Origin: Acidobacteriota bacterium
GTDB taxonomy: Bacteria; Acidobacteriota; UBA6911
Length of the DNA: 64,000 bases
Direction: 5' to 3'
NCBI GenBank assembly: GCA_963664705.1
Contig: OY761556.1
Span: 3,840,001-3,904,000, forward strand
The stretch's first letter is position 1. Each line of letters opens with the position of its first letter. The notes below the pieces were generated by a model that was not told the DNA's origin, made no database searches, and saw nothing but the letters and a program-made list of their open reading frames with translations. Shown here piece by piece: positions 19,876 through 29,371 of this stretch. The translations under genes were made by a program, and so were the position numbers.

Positions 19876-21017
19876 TCCTCACGCGTCGTATCATTTAAAA
19901 GCGATTCAAGCCCGCAGTAATCGCAACCCAGCAATCCGGCCAATCCTTCGTGCGTGCAATGGCCGGAGAAGAGGTAAACGCCTCTTCGCAGTGCAGAGTT
20001 CTCGCGGAAAGAGTCAATACCCTTCTCCCCCACATCCTCGACAAAAGGCACGATCACATTATTGAGTGCATGGGAAGCGGTGCGCGCAACGGCGGAGGGA
20101 ATGTTGGGAACGCAATAGTGGATCACTCCGTGCTTCTTGAATATGGGGTCGGAAAGCGTCGTCGGGCGGCTGGTTTCCACGCAACCGCCTTGATCGATGG
20201 ACAGATCGACGATTACACTGCCAGGTCGCATCTTTCGGACCATGGCCTCGGAAATAACGTGCGGCGCTCTGCGCCCATGTATCCACACCGCACCAAGCAG
20301 CACATCGGCCGTCCGGAGATAGCGCTCGAGGTTATAGGGAGTTGCGAGGGCTGTATTGGCAAATGCGGGCAGGCTGGAGTCCACCGCACGCAGACGCTTC
20401 ATATTATCGGTCATAACCGTTACGCGGGCTCCATAGCCCAGAAACACGCGCGCAGCGGTGCGCCCTGCGTTCCCCGCCCCAACAATGACAATATTAGAGG
20501 CGGGAATTCCCGGCAGGCCTCCCAGGATAACACCTCTTCCCCCGTAGGTTGTCTCGAGGAAGCGTCCAGCAATCTGCGGAACCAGCATCCCCGCAATCTC
20601 CCCCATAGCCGTAACCTCAGGCACGTCGTGATCATCATCCTCCATCAGTTCCAACCCCACGCCGATGACGTTCTGCTCTCGCAGCAACCGGTGTACCTCC
20701 GGATTTGCCGAGCCCAGATGTACGACGCTGAAAAGAAATTTGCCTTCGCCAATCCAGTTGCACTCCGGGACGGTCGGCGGCATTACTTTGACAATGATGT
20801 CCGCGCGGGCAAATACCTCCTCGGCCGAAAAAGCGATGGAAGCGCCCGCCTCCCGGTAGGCTTCCATGGAAAAACCGCACTCCGAACCGGCATCCGATTG
20901 CGCGATGACAACGTGACCTGCTTTTGACAGCGAGTGAACACCTGCGGGCGTCAATGCAACCCGGCGCTCCTCGCCCCATCTCTCCCTCGGTATCCCGATG
21001 ATCATCGGATCCCTCAC
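19872..21017 (-). CDS. Alanine dehydrogenase-like protein (AlaDh/PNT family)
   Basis: ERRVALTP, GAGNAG, DLSIDQGGC and YCVPNIP motifs; stop overlaps the downstream start (ATGA). Confidence 0.85.
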   Translation of the reverse strand: MRDPMIIGIPRERWGEERRVALTPAGVHSLSKAGHVVIAQSDAGSECGFSMEAYREAGASIAFSAEEVFARADIIVKVMPPTVPECNWIGEGKFLFSVVHLGSANPEVHRLLREQNVIGVGLELMEDDDHDVPEVTAMGEIAGMLVPQIAGRFLETTYGGRGVILGGLPGIPASNIVIVGAGNAGRTAARVFLGYGARVTVMTDNMKRLRAVDSSLPAFANTALATPYNLERYLRTADVLLGAVWIHGRRAPHVISEAMVRKMRPGSVIVDLSIDQGGCVETSRPTTLSDPIFKKHGVIHYCVPNIPSAVARTASHALNNVIVPFVEDVGEKGIDSFRENSALRRGVYLFSGHCTHEGLAGLLGCDYCGLESLLNDTTREE

Positions 21018-21077
21018 TTTTTGATTGGGTTTGCTTTATCGTGCGCCTGATCCCCCTCGCGGGTCAATATCGCTCCC

Positions 21078-21110
21078 AAAAAACAAGGGCCCGAAGAATT
21101 CTTCGAGCCC
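21078..21110 (-). terminator. Rho-independent terminator after cytochrome c peroxidase
   Basis: Minus strand GGGCTCGAAG-AATT-CTTCGGGCCC followed by TTGTTTTTT. Confidence 0.75.
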
Positions 21111-21206
21111 CAGTGTCTTTACAAAACATCGTTGAGAGTAATGGAATTCGCGGCAAATATGCGGCACCCGCTGGCCGCGAATGACGCCCCATGCAATACG
21201 GCCAGG

Positions 21207-22262
21207 CTAATTCATATCCGGTTTGGGCGTTTTGCTTGTGCTTTTCGGAAGCACAGGAGGTTTGATGTAATCAGCCGGGACATCGCCGGTCAGACTCTTC
21301 ATCCATGTCACTATCGATTGCACCTGTCCCGCAGACAGAGTCTTGCCCAGTTGATATTCAGCCATCCGGGAAACGGCATCATCCAGCGTCGAGACCTTTC
21401 CGCTATGGAAATAGGGCTTGGTTTCGGCAATATTGCGCAATCCCGGGACTTTGAATAGCATGTGGTCCACCTGGTTTTTTGTCACCTTTTCGCGGCCAGG
21501 GTCCGAATTTTCCGGGTATTCCTTTATCAACCCCAGTTTCTGATACATGCTCCCGCCGAGATAGGAGCCGGAATGGCAAGCCTGGCATCCGGTTTCCATG
21601 AACAGATTGAATCCGGCCTTTTCTTCATTGGTCAATGCCTGGGCATCGCCTTTGAGAAATTTATCCCAGCGCGAGGGCGTCACAAGCTTCCGCTCAAATG
21701 CGCCAATGGCTTTGGCCATATTTCCATAGTTGACCGGATCCTTGTCTTCGGGAAAAGCTTTCTTGAATGCATCAACATATTCGGGCATGGACTTCAGCAC
21801 CGCGACCACTTGCTTCTCCGAGGTCATGGCCATTTCAACCGGATTCATCACCGGACCTTTCGCCTGTTCCTCAACATCGGCCGCCCGGCCGTCCCAGAAC
21901 TGAACAAAGTGTCCGGCCGCATTATAGACAGTAGGAGAATTGCGATCCCCTTTCACTCCCTTGTGCCCGTCCGACGTAGGATTTCCGTCGACTCCGTACC
22001 GGTCGAGCAGGTGACAGGAGTTGCAGGAAATCGTCTGGCTTTTGGACAACCGCGGTTCAAAATAAAGCAGGCGGCCCAGTACAACCTTATCCTCTGTAAT
22101 GGCATTTGAATTCGAAATCACCGCATCCGGTAGCGGCTGGAACATCTGCAGTTTGGCTGAATCAACTGTTACGGCCGCAACCTCCGGGGCCTTGGACTCT
22201 TTGCTGCACCCGGCACTAATCAAAACCGCAAGGCATGCAAAAACTACCACCCAATGTTTCAT
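21207..22262 (-). CDS. ccp: Di-heme cytochrome c peroxidase (lipoprotein)
   Basis: CNSCH and CQACH heme motifs, RNSPTVYN, QFWDGRA and FKVPGLRN; lipobox-like ISAGC. Confidence 0.93.
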   Translation of the reverse strand: MKHWVVVFACLAVLISAGCSKESKAPEVAAVTVDSAKLQMFQPLPDAVISNSNAITEDKVVLGRLLYFEPRLSKSQTISCNSCHLLDRYGVDGNPTSDGHKGVKGDRNSPTVYNAAGHFVQFWDGRAADVEEQAKGPVMNPVEMAMTSEKQVVAVLKSMPEYVDAFKKAFPEDKDPVNYGNMAKAIGAFERKLVTPSRWDKFLKGDAQALTNEEKAGFNLFMETGCQACHSGSYLGGSMYQKLGLIKEYPENSDPGREKVTKNQVDHMLFKVPGLRNIAETKPYFHSGKVSTLDDAVSRMAEYQLGKTLSAGQVQSIVTWMKSLTGDVPADYIKPPVLPKSTSKTPKPDMN

Positions 22263-22332
22263 TCAGCACCTCCTGAAATCGGTTGTTGCAAAATTATCTG
22301 AATATTCGTTTCTTCGGCGGAATCCGACAACC

Positions 22333-24453
22333 CTATTTCACAGCGTCCAACGCATTTTCCGTAGCGGCCAGCAAAGCCTCGGGCCCCACGGGCGAACCGG
22401 TCGCCCCCTTCATCCACAAATCAGGGGCGATGCGCCCCTGGCGGGCTACGCGTTCGAATTCGGGACCGATCTTGCCGGTTTTTTTCATATGCGCTTCCAG
22501 CTGAAACGCAATCATATGTCCGATCGGATAATCGGGAAGATACAACGATGAATCGATCATATGGGAATAGATACCCAGCAACACAACATCCTTTTTATGG
22601 AATACCGGTTCATAAAACCTGTTCCAGACATCTTTTGAGATCTGAAGAACGGCATCGCGCAATTGTTCCGGCGTTGCCTGGGGATGGTCATACATCCAGT
22701 GCCAGACCTGCATGTCGACAAGGCTCACCCCGCATATTTCGGCGGTTGCCCAGAAATCGTTCAGCACCTTGAACGCCTCGGCCTGGGCATCGGGAGAGTC
22801 CAAACCCAGCACTTTCATATCCTGCCCTTGGAATACAAAGGCAAGGGCCTCGGTGAATGCGGTATTCGGAACGCCGTTGAGAGTGTAATAATCGATCGAA
22901 TTCAGTGAAAAAGTCTGCTCCACATTGTGTCCCATTTCATGAACCGCAATGTTGAAGCCTTTGTAATTCATCCCTGTTTTTTCGATACGCGTCCGAAGAT
23001 GGGCTTTCGCCCCCCGCATGGCAGCTCCCATTGCGTGCCCGGAGCCACGAGCCGGATCAACCACAATGTTATCCGCCAGAAATTTGGCCTTATCCGGTGC
23101 AAAACCCAGCTTTCCCAAAAGCGCCGGAATGTCCTTTTGATAGGCTTCAGCCGTTGGATACTTCCTGGAAACCACCGCGTCAAGTTCAGCCTCGGAATAT
23201 TTCGGTCTGGGCTTGAATCCGTCGTACCAGATATCAAATGGTTCCAGCGGACGGCCCAGTTTCTTCTGAATCAGAGCGCCGACACGGGCAAGCTGCGGCG
23301 ACGACAGCACCTGCTCAAACATTTTTTGTACACGCTCTTCGGGAAGCTGCCGATCTTCATTGAATCGCCGCGCAATCAGGCTCGGAGCGGTTGGCGAGTA
23401 CGGATCCATGAGTTTTGCCGCACGGTAAACCTCAAGAAGATGACGATACCGCGTGTTGGGCTCCGGAGTGTTTGCGGCGGTTTTTCCTGCGGGAGCATAG
23501 TTTGAATCCTTCTCCGCCGCAGGTTTGACATCATTGGAAAAAGGATTCCAATCCACCTGAGGGTTGTTCACAACCGCTTCCGGAATTGATTGGGTTACTA
23601 TACGCTCCATTACCTTTTCAATCATGCGTTGCTTGGCAAGGCCCTGCAGGGGATCCCGGTAATCTGATTTGATCTCATCGCGCAGATTCCAGTGGGACAA
23701 CAGGCGCAATTCCGCAGGGAATAACCGCTGCCCCTGCTCATTGAGCAGATGGTGCATCCATATGTTGTATTCGGAGATGTAGTGTCCGGCTTCAGCACCC
23801 GCTTTTGAAATTGCCAGGTTGACATCGGCCGGAATTCGCTTGGAGAAGGCTTCAGCCAGGCGCGTCTCTGCCCACTGTCGCCGGGTCCATTTCTCCCCCT
23901 GCGTCAAACGCTCATCAAGCGTGGTCATTGGGAAATTCAGAAGTACTACAAAGGCCAGCTTGTTGTTGTACCAATCCTCAGCCAAATGCGCGGAAGGATC
24001 ATAGCCGGCAAAGATTTCGTCATAGGGCTGCACCGGGCCCAAATCAAGATCGGTCTGCTGACGCAATTCACGGTTGATTTCATTCATGTGCCCGGAGGTC
24101 TTCTCCAGAAGGTACTCAAACCGGCCAAACATGGTATCGAGAGCGGTCTGATCGCCGGCAAAGTTTTTGCCGACGAATTCCTCAAACGCCGCCTGATCAC
24201 CGTCGGAAGCGCGCCAGAATTCCGAAATCTGCTTCAATCCGCGCTGTATGCGTGCGCGCTGAGATTCGCCGAACTGTTTTGTCATTGCGGCTTCGAGCTT
24301 GCCTGCCGCCCCTTGCATCCAGGCAGGGGCGGCAGGAGACTGAGCCGCGTCCTTAAATCCATCCTTCTGCGGTGCATTCATTTGAGACTCCTGTGAACAT
24401 GAAACGGCAAATAACAGCGACAAACAGAAAACGGATAATAGAGGTTTTCGCAT
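22333..24453 (-). CDS. Putative gluzincin (M2/M3-like) metallopeptidase lipoprotein
   Basis: HEMGH plus downstream NTAFTEALA; lipobox-like FAVSC; start taken at ATG 24453. Confidence 0.7.
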   Translation of the reverse strand: MRKPLLSVFCLSLLFAVSCSQESQMNAPQKDGFKDAAQSPAAPAWMQGAAGKLEAAMTKQFGESQRARIQRGLKQISEFWRASDGDQAAFEEFVGKNFAGDQTALDTMFGRFEYLLEKTSGHMNEINRELRQQTDLDLGPVQPYDEIFAGYDPSAHLAEDWYNNKLAFVVLLNFPMTTLDERLTQGEKWTRRQWAETRLAEAFSKRIPADVNLAISKAGAEAGHYISEYNIWMHHLLNEQGQRLFPAELRLLSHWNLRDEIKSDYRDPLQGLAKQRMIEKVMERIVTQSIPEAVVNNPQVDWNPFSNDVKPAAEKDSNYAPAGKTAANTPEPNTRYRHLLEVYRAAKLMDPYSPTAPSLIARRFNEDRQLPEERVQKMFEQVLSSPQLARVGALIQKKLGRPLEPFDIWYDGFKPRPKYSEAELDAVVSRKYPTAEAYQKDIPALLGKLGFAPDKAKFLADNIVVDPARGSGHAMGAAMRGAKAHLRTRIEKTGMNYKGFNIAVHEMGHNVEQTFSLNSIDYYTLNGVPNTAFTEALAFVFQGQDMKVLGLDSPDAQAEAFKVLNDFWATAEICGVSLVDMQVWHWMYDHPQATPEQLRDAVLQISKDVWNRFYEPVFHKKDVVLLGIYSHMIDSSLYLPDYPIGHMIAFQLEAHMKKTGKIGPEFERVARQGRIAPDLWMKGATGSPVGPEALLAATENALDAVK

Positions 24454-24512
24454 TCCATTCCTCCTCCCTGCTTTGGGCAAACCAGGCAAAAAGCTTAACA
24501 CAAAAAGCGCTC

Positions 24513-24645
24513 AAAGAAACTCCGACACCTATTGGACGTACCGGGAGGAGCGCCGGCGCCCCGACTAAGGCTGCATGCTATTGTCGAGGGCGAAGTCCTT
24601 CGAAGGGCGGCGACCGGTGGCCGCCGCGTCAACTCCGACCTCTTT
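24513..24645 (-). ncRNA. Candidate multi-branched structured RNA of unrecognised family
   Basis: Closing stems plus four internal hairpins in a GC-rich intergenic block; strand assignment tentative. Confidence 0.4.
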
Positions 24646-24727
24646 CGTACTAAATTCCATGAATTTAGCAAAGCGGCTTTGAGGTTGGGCCCGGCGGAGC
24701 TAAATTTGTATTTAGAGGGGAGGATCC

Positions 24728-26266
24728 ATGGCAAAACTTGCGAAAACTTCGGCGATTCTGAAAGAGCTTTCTCTGAAAGATGTGAATGCAGGCGCCTGCT
24801 CCGGACCTGATCGCTGGATCTCGGATCCCGAAGGACAGGAGCTTATTTCCTATTGTCCTGCAAGCGGGGATCCCATTGCCGGCGTGATACAGGCGGGGCC
24901 TGACGCCTATGAGCAGATCATGGCAGAAGCCTCCTCCGTATTTGAAAGCTGGCGCATGATTCCGGCGCCCAAACGGGGCGAACTGATTCGTGACCTTGGC
25001 AATGCATTAAGGGAGTTGAAGGAACCCCTTGGGGATCTGGTCAGCCTGGAAATGGGAAAGATCCAGGCGGAGGGCCATGGCGAAGTCCAGGAGATGATTG
25101 ATATCTGCGATTTCGCGGTCGGGCTATCCCGTCAATTGTATGGGTTGACGATGGCTTCCGAACGTCCTGCCCATCGTATGATGGAGCAATGGCATCCGTT
25201 GGGTGTCGTCGGCGTGATCACGGCATTCAACTTCCCGGTTGCAGTCTGGTCCTGGAACAGCGCCATTGCGGGAGTCTGCGGAAATCCCACGGTGTGGAAA
25301 CCCGCCGGGCCGACACCGTTGTGTGCCGTTGCCGTGCAGCACATCGCAAACCGCGTCATGGCGGATCACGGCATGCGCGGCATATTCAATCTTGTCATCG
25401 GAGCCGGCCGGAGCATTGGCGAGCATATGCTGAATGACTCCAGGATTCCATTGATCTCATTCACCGGATCTACAGCCATCGGAAGACACGTTGCAGAAAC
25501 CGTGGCGCGCAGGTTTGGTCGCACAATCCTCGAGCTTGGCGGAAACAATGCCATTATCGTTACGGAAGAGGCCAATCTCGATCTCGCCATCCGTGCCATC
25601 CTGTTCGGTGCAGTTGGAACCGCAGGACAACGGTGCACCTCGACGCGGCGGATTATCGTCCACAAGAGCATCTCCCGGGATTTGTCTGACAGACTTGTGC
25701 AGGCCTATGCACAGGTGCGCATCGGCAATCCGCTCGATCCGAATGTACTGATGGGACCGCTGGTTACCTCGGAAGCCGTCGAGGAGATGTTCCTGGCCTT
25801 GGAGCAGTCCGAAGCAGATGGCGGCCAGGTCCTTTGCGGAGGCAGGCGTCTCCCGGAGATCGGCTCGCAGTTCGTGGAGCCCGCAATTGTCCGGATGCCC
25901 ACACAAACCGACATTGTGCGAAAAGAAACCTTTGCCCCGATTCTCTACATCCTGGAATACGAAAACTTTGACGAAGCCCTCAAATTGCATAACAGTGTGC
26001 CGCAGGGACTTTCGAGTGCAATATTCACGGGAAGCCTGCAAAAGGCTGAAGAATTCCTCTCTCCGCGCGGGTCCGATTGCGGAATTGCCAACGTAAACAT
26101 CGGGACTTCAGGCGCCGAAATCGGGGGGGCATTTGGCGGTGAAAAGGAAACAGGGGGCGGGCGCGAATCCGGTTCAGACGCCTGGAAGGCTTACATGCGA
26201 CGCCAGACCAACACCATCAACTGGTCCACAGACCTTCCACTCGCGCAGGGCATCAGGTTCCTTTGA
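24728..26266 (+). CDS. Aldehyde dehydrogenase family 7 (aminoadipate-semialdehyde / P6C dehydrogenase-like)
   Basis: GEVQEMIDICDFAVGLSRQLYG, AFNFP, LELGGNNA, GTAGQRCT and GAEIGGAFGGEK motifs. Confidence 0.93.
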   Translation: MAKLAKTSAILKELSLKDVNAGACSGPDRWISDPEGQELISYCPASGDPIAGVIQAGPDAYEQIMAEASSVFESWRMIPAPKRGELIRDLGNALRELKEPLGDLVSLEMGKIQAEGHGEVQEMIDICDFAVGLSRQLYGLTMASERPAHRMMEQWHPLGVVGVITAFNFPVAVWSWNSAIAGVCGNPTVWKPAGPTPLCAVAVQHIANRVMADHGMRGIFNLVIGAGRSIGEHMLNDSRIPLISFTGSTAIGRHVAETVARRFGRTILELGGNNAIIVTEEANLDLAIRAILFGAVGTAGQRCTSTRRIIVHKSISRDLSDRLVQAYAQVRIGNPLDPNVLMGPLVTSEAVEEMFLALEQSEADGGQVLCGGRRLPEIGSQFVEPAIVRMPTQTDIVRKETFAPILYILEYENFDEALKLHNSVPQGLSSAIFTGSLQKAEEFLSPRGSDCGIANVNIGTSGAEIGGAFGGEKETGGGRESGSDAWKAYMRRQTNTINWSTDLPLAQGIRFL

Positions 26267-26312
26267 GGATAGAACCAATTGGCGAAGTTCATGACAGATT
26301 CCACTGATTAGC

Positions 26313-29288
26313 CTAAATCAGCCGGACGGAATCAACAGTCAGGGTACAAACTCCGAATTCCTCGCCAACTACACCGGTCAGCACATAAGGCCGGGAACGG
26401 TTCAAAATGTGACAAAACCGCGCATAGGCCTTTGGAAAAAAAACGGTCTCGTACAACGCCGTCGTATCTTCAAAACTGATAAATTCCATCGGTTCATCAT
26501 CCTTTGTCGTAACCAGTTTTCCCGTCACCCACCAACCGATGGTCGTGACATGCTTTCCGACATACCGGCAAAGATCTTTGCCTCTGACATATCTCATCCT
26601 CGAGAGTTGCTGGGAGTAGAGCGACAGCGGATGCCGGCTGATAAGGAAATCCAGCGTCTCCAGTTCATGTTCTAAAATGGTTCGCGGGCTGTACTGCGGA
26701 ACCCGAGGCGGAACCACCTGCGGCATATCGTGAAATAGAGACCGGGTCACCGCACGGCGCGATATCCGTGTTTCATGCCACGACAGTGCCTGCCAGATCA
26801 TCGCCGGCCGCGTCGCCCCCTGGGCAATGCGGTCAAAAGCGCCTGCCTTGATCAGAACCTTTACGTCGGAAATATCGATATCCACGCGACAGAGAAAATC
26901 CTCGAGCGAACGGAAGGGGCTTTTGCCGCGCGCCGCCAACACCGCCTGGAGTGCACTTTCGCGAAGACCTTTGATCTGCATGAGCCCGACCCGTACGGTC
27001 CGCCCCTGTCCCCAGTATGCTTTGCGGCTCTCGTTGATATCGGGAAGAAGCACCTGCAATCCCATGCGACGGGATTCGGACACATACGCAAAAGAAGAAT
27101 AGTATCCACCCTGGTTCGTCAGAACAGCCGCAATGAACTCCGCCGGATAGTGCGCGCGCAGATACCCGGATTTGTAGGACACCAGCGCATAGGAAGCAGA
27201 GTGCGGCTTGCAGAACGAATATCCGGAAAAACTCATGATCATTTCCCAGACTTCTTCAACGATATTCCGCGGAACTCCACGCTCAACCGCCCCTGCAAAA
27301 AACATCTCCCGGTAATCTTCCAGTTTCCTGCCGGCCCGTTTCTTGGAAAGGATCTTTCGAAGCAGATCCGCATTGGACGCATCGAATCCGGCCATTGCCA
27401 TTGCAATCCTGGAAACATCCTCCTGGTACACCATGATCCCGTACGTCTCCCGCAGCACTTCATCCAGGATGGAATGCAGCGGCTCATAACTGCCTCCCCT
27501 CAACCGGCGCACGTATTCACGAATGTACTTGTTGGCAGCGGGGCGTATGATCGAACTGTGAATCACAAGGTGATCGAAATCTCCCGTCCCGCACTTCTGC
27601 TGGAGCTGGCGCATGGCGGGAGATTCTGTGTAAAACACTCCGATTGTATCCCCCCGGCGAAACAGGTCCTGGGTTTTGGCATCCGTAGTCGGGTCCCATA
27701 GATCGTAGTCGATTTCGACACCGTGGTTCTCTTTAACGGCGGCCAAAGCATCCCGAATGACCGCGAGCGACCGGTTTCCGAGCAGATCGATCTTGATCAG
27801 ACCGGCGTCTTCCGCCTGGTCCTTTTCCCATTGAATGATCGGAACCCCTTTCGGTGCCGGCTGCACCGGGACATACCGATCAATTCTGTCGGGTACAACC
27901 ACAATGCCGCCACAATGAACCGACATGTAGCGCGGAAATCCTTTCAGCCTGCCGGCGAGACGAATGATTTCGGGCCAGGGAGCTTTCAACTCCATGTCTT
28001 TGTAAACGGGTTGGTGATCGATCATGTCCTGCAGGTGAGACAGCGACCAGTAATACCCCATGCGTTGCGTGACCGCTTTGATCTCCTGCTCCGGCAATCC
28101 GTACACTTTCGCGATCTCCCGCGTGGCCGCACGGGGGCGAAACCCGACATGGTTCGAAATCATTGCGGCTCGCGCCGCACCATATTTCTGAAAAACATAA
28201 TCGAAGACGGCATCTCTCTCGTCCCAGGGGAAATCGATGTCGATGTCGGGTGGATCCGAGCGCCCTTCGTTCAGGAAACGCTCGAAGAAGAGATTGTGGG
28301 TCACCGGCTCCACATGCGTGATCCCAAGACAATAGGCAACGAGGCTCGCAGCGGCGGACCCCCGGCCGCACGTCCGATTTGACTGCCGCACAATATCCCG
28401 TACCACCAGGAAGTAAGTGGCAAAGCCCTTATCTTTGATAATCTTCAATTCGTGATCGAGGCGCTTCAGCACGGAATCCGACAGCTCGCCATACCTCCGC
28501 TCCGCCCCTCGATAACACTCTTCTTTCAGGTGCTCAAAAGTATCCGATTCCGGACTGTCAAAGGACGGAAACACAAAGGCACCAATTCCGAGATCCGAAG
28601 AACAATCCGCGGCAATGCGCTCTGTATTTTCCAAAGCCCTGGTGAGGTGTGGATACCGGCGAACCATGTCGGATTCCGGCTTGAGCCAGCTGTCCATTCG
28701 CGCAAGCTCATTGGGCGGGATTCGCGACAACGATGTATTCAGATCAATGGCGCGCAGAAGCCGATGCAGTTCAAAATCCGCTGCATCCACAAAATAGACA
28801 TCATTGGTCGCAACCGGAGGGATCCCGGTTTCGCGGGAAAATTTGATCAGCGGCGCTTCAATCGCAGGGTTGCTTAATTCTACAAAAAGCTGCGAAGTAC
28901 CATCCTGTTTCCCAAGCGACTGCAGGAGCGGAATCTGATCGCTGAGTACAATCAGATGTTCCCTGTTCTCTTTCAGCATCCGGCTCAGACAAAAATTGGA
29001 ATCAAACTGACACCGGGAAATGATGCGGCAAAGCGTTTCATAGCCGCTCCGGTTCCGCACCAGCAGCGTCGCATGCTCCTGGGTTGTCCGCAACTCCGCA
29101 CCGACAATCGGGCGCAAACCGCGCTCCGCGGCCTGCTGGAGAAACCAGATCAGTCCGTACACACCGTTGATGTCGGTCAACGCCATCGATGACATGCCGC
29201 GCGCTAAAACGGCATCCACGAGTTCCTCAATTCTGCCGGCTCCGCGGCAGAATGAAAAATTGGAGTGTACGTGAAGGTGTGTGAACAT
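26313..29288 (-). CDS. dnaE2: Error-prone DNA polymerase III alpha (DnaE2-like)
   Basis: PHP HLHVHSNFS, GRGSAA, PPDIDIDF, KIDLLG, YSFCKPHS and C-terminal OB fold; follows an ImuB-like gene; start taken at ATG 29288. Confidence 0.9.
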   Translation of the reverse strand: MFTHLHVHSNFSFCRGAGRIEELVDAVLARGMSSMALTDINGVYGLIWFLQQAAERGLRPIVGAELRTTQEHATLLVRNRSGYETLCRIISRCQFDSNFCLSRMLKENREHLIVLSDQIPLLQSLGKQDGTSQLFVELSNPAIEAPLIKFSRETGIPPVATNDVYFVDAADFELHRLLRAIDLNTSLSRIPPNELARMDSWLKPESDMVRRYPHLTRALENTERIAADCSSDLGIGAFVFPSFDSPESDTFEHLKEECYRGAERRYGELSDSVLKRLDHELKIIKDKGFATYFLVVRDIVRQSNRTCGRGSAAASLVAYCLGITHVEPVTHNLFFERFLNEGRSDPPDIDIDFPWDERDAVFDYVFQKYGAARAAMISNHVGFRPRAATREIAKVYGLPEQEIKAVTQRMGYYWSLSHLQDMIDHQPVYKDMELKAPWPEIIRLAGRLKGFPRYMSVHCGGIVVVPDRIDRYVPVQPAPKGVPIIQWEKDQAEDAGLIKIDLLGNRSLAVIRDALAAVKENHGVEIDYDLWDPTTDAKTQDLFRRGDTIGVFYTESPAMRQLQQKCGTGDFDHLVIHSSIIRPAANKYIREYVRRLRGGSYEPLHSILDEVLRETYGIMVYQEDVSRIAMAMAGFDASNADLLRKILSKKRAGRKLEDYREMFFAGAVERGVPRNIVEEVWEMIMSFSGYSFCKPHSASYALVSYKSGYLRAHYPAEFIAAVLTNQGGYYSSFAYVSESRRMGLQVLLPDINESRKAYWGQGRTVRVGLMQIKGLRESALQAVLAARGKSPFRSLEDFLCRVDIDISDVKVLIKAGAFDRIAQGATRPAMIWQALSWHETRISRRAVTRSLFHDMPQVVPPRVPQYSPRTILEHELETLDFLISRHPLSLYSQQLSRMRYVRGKDLCRYVGKHVTTIGWWVTGKLVTTKDDEPMEFISFEDTTALYETVFFPKAYARFCHILNRSRPYVLTGVVGEEFGVCTLTVDSVRLI

Positions 29289-29299
29289 AGCCGTTAGTG

Positions 29300-29371
29300 G
29301 GCGGTGAGCAGTAGGCAGTGACGCATCAGACCGTATTGAGACCCACGGCCGACTGCCGACTGATGACCGCC
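29300..29371. repeat. Heptamer-type inverted repeat at the imuB/dnaE2 junction
   Basis: GGCGGTGAGCAGTAGGCAGT versus ACTGCCGACTGATGACCGCC (17/20 complementary). Confidence 0.7.

Noticed and set aside
24513-24645. Lysine riboswitch (five-way junction, AGAGG start, next to ALDH7)
   Set aside because: Lacks the AGAGGYGC, kink-turn/loop-E P2 and kissing-loop layout, is short, and its better-pairing strand points away from ALDH7
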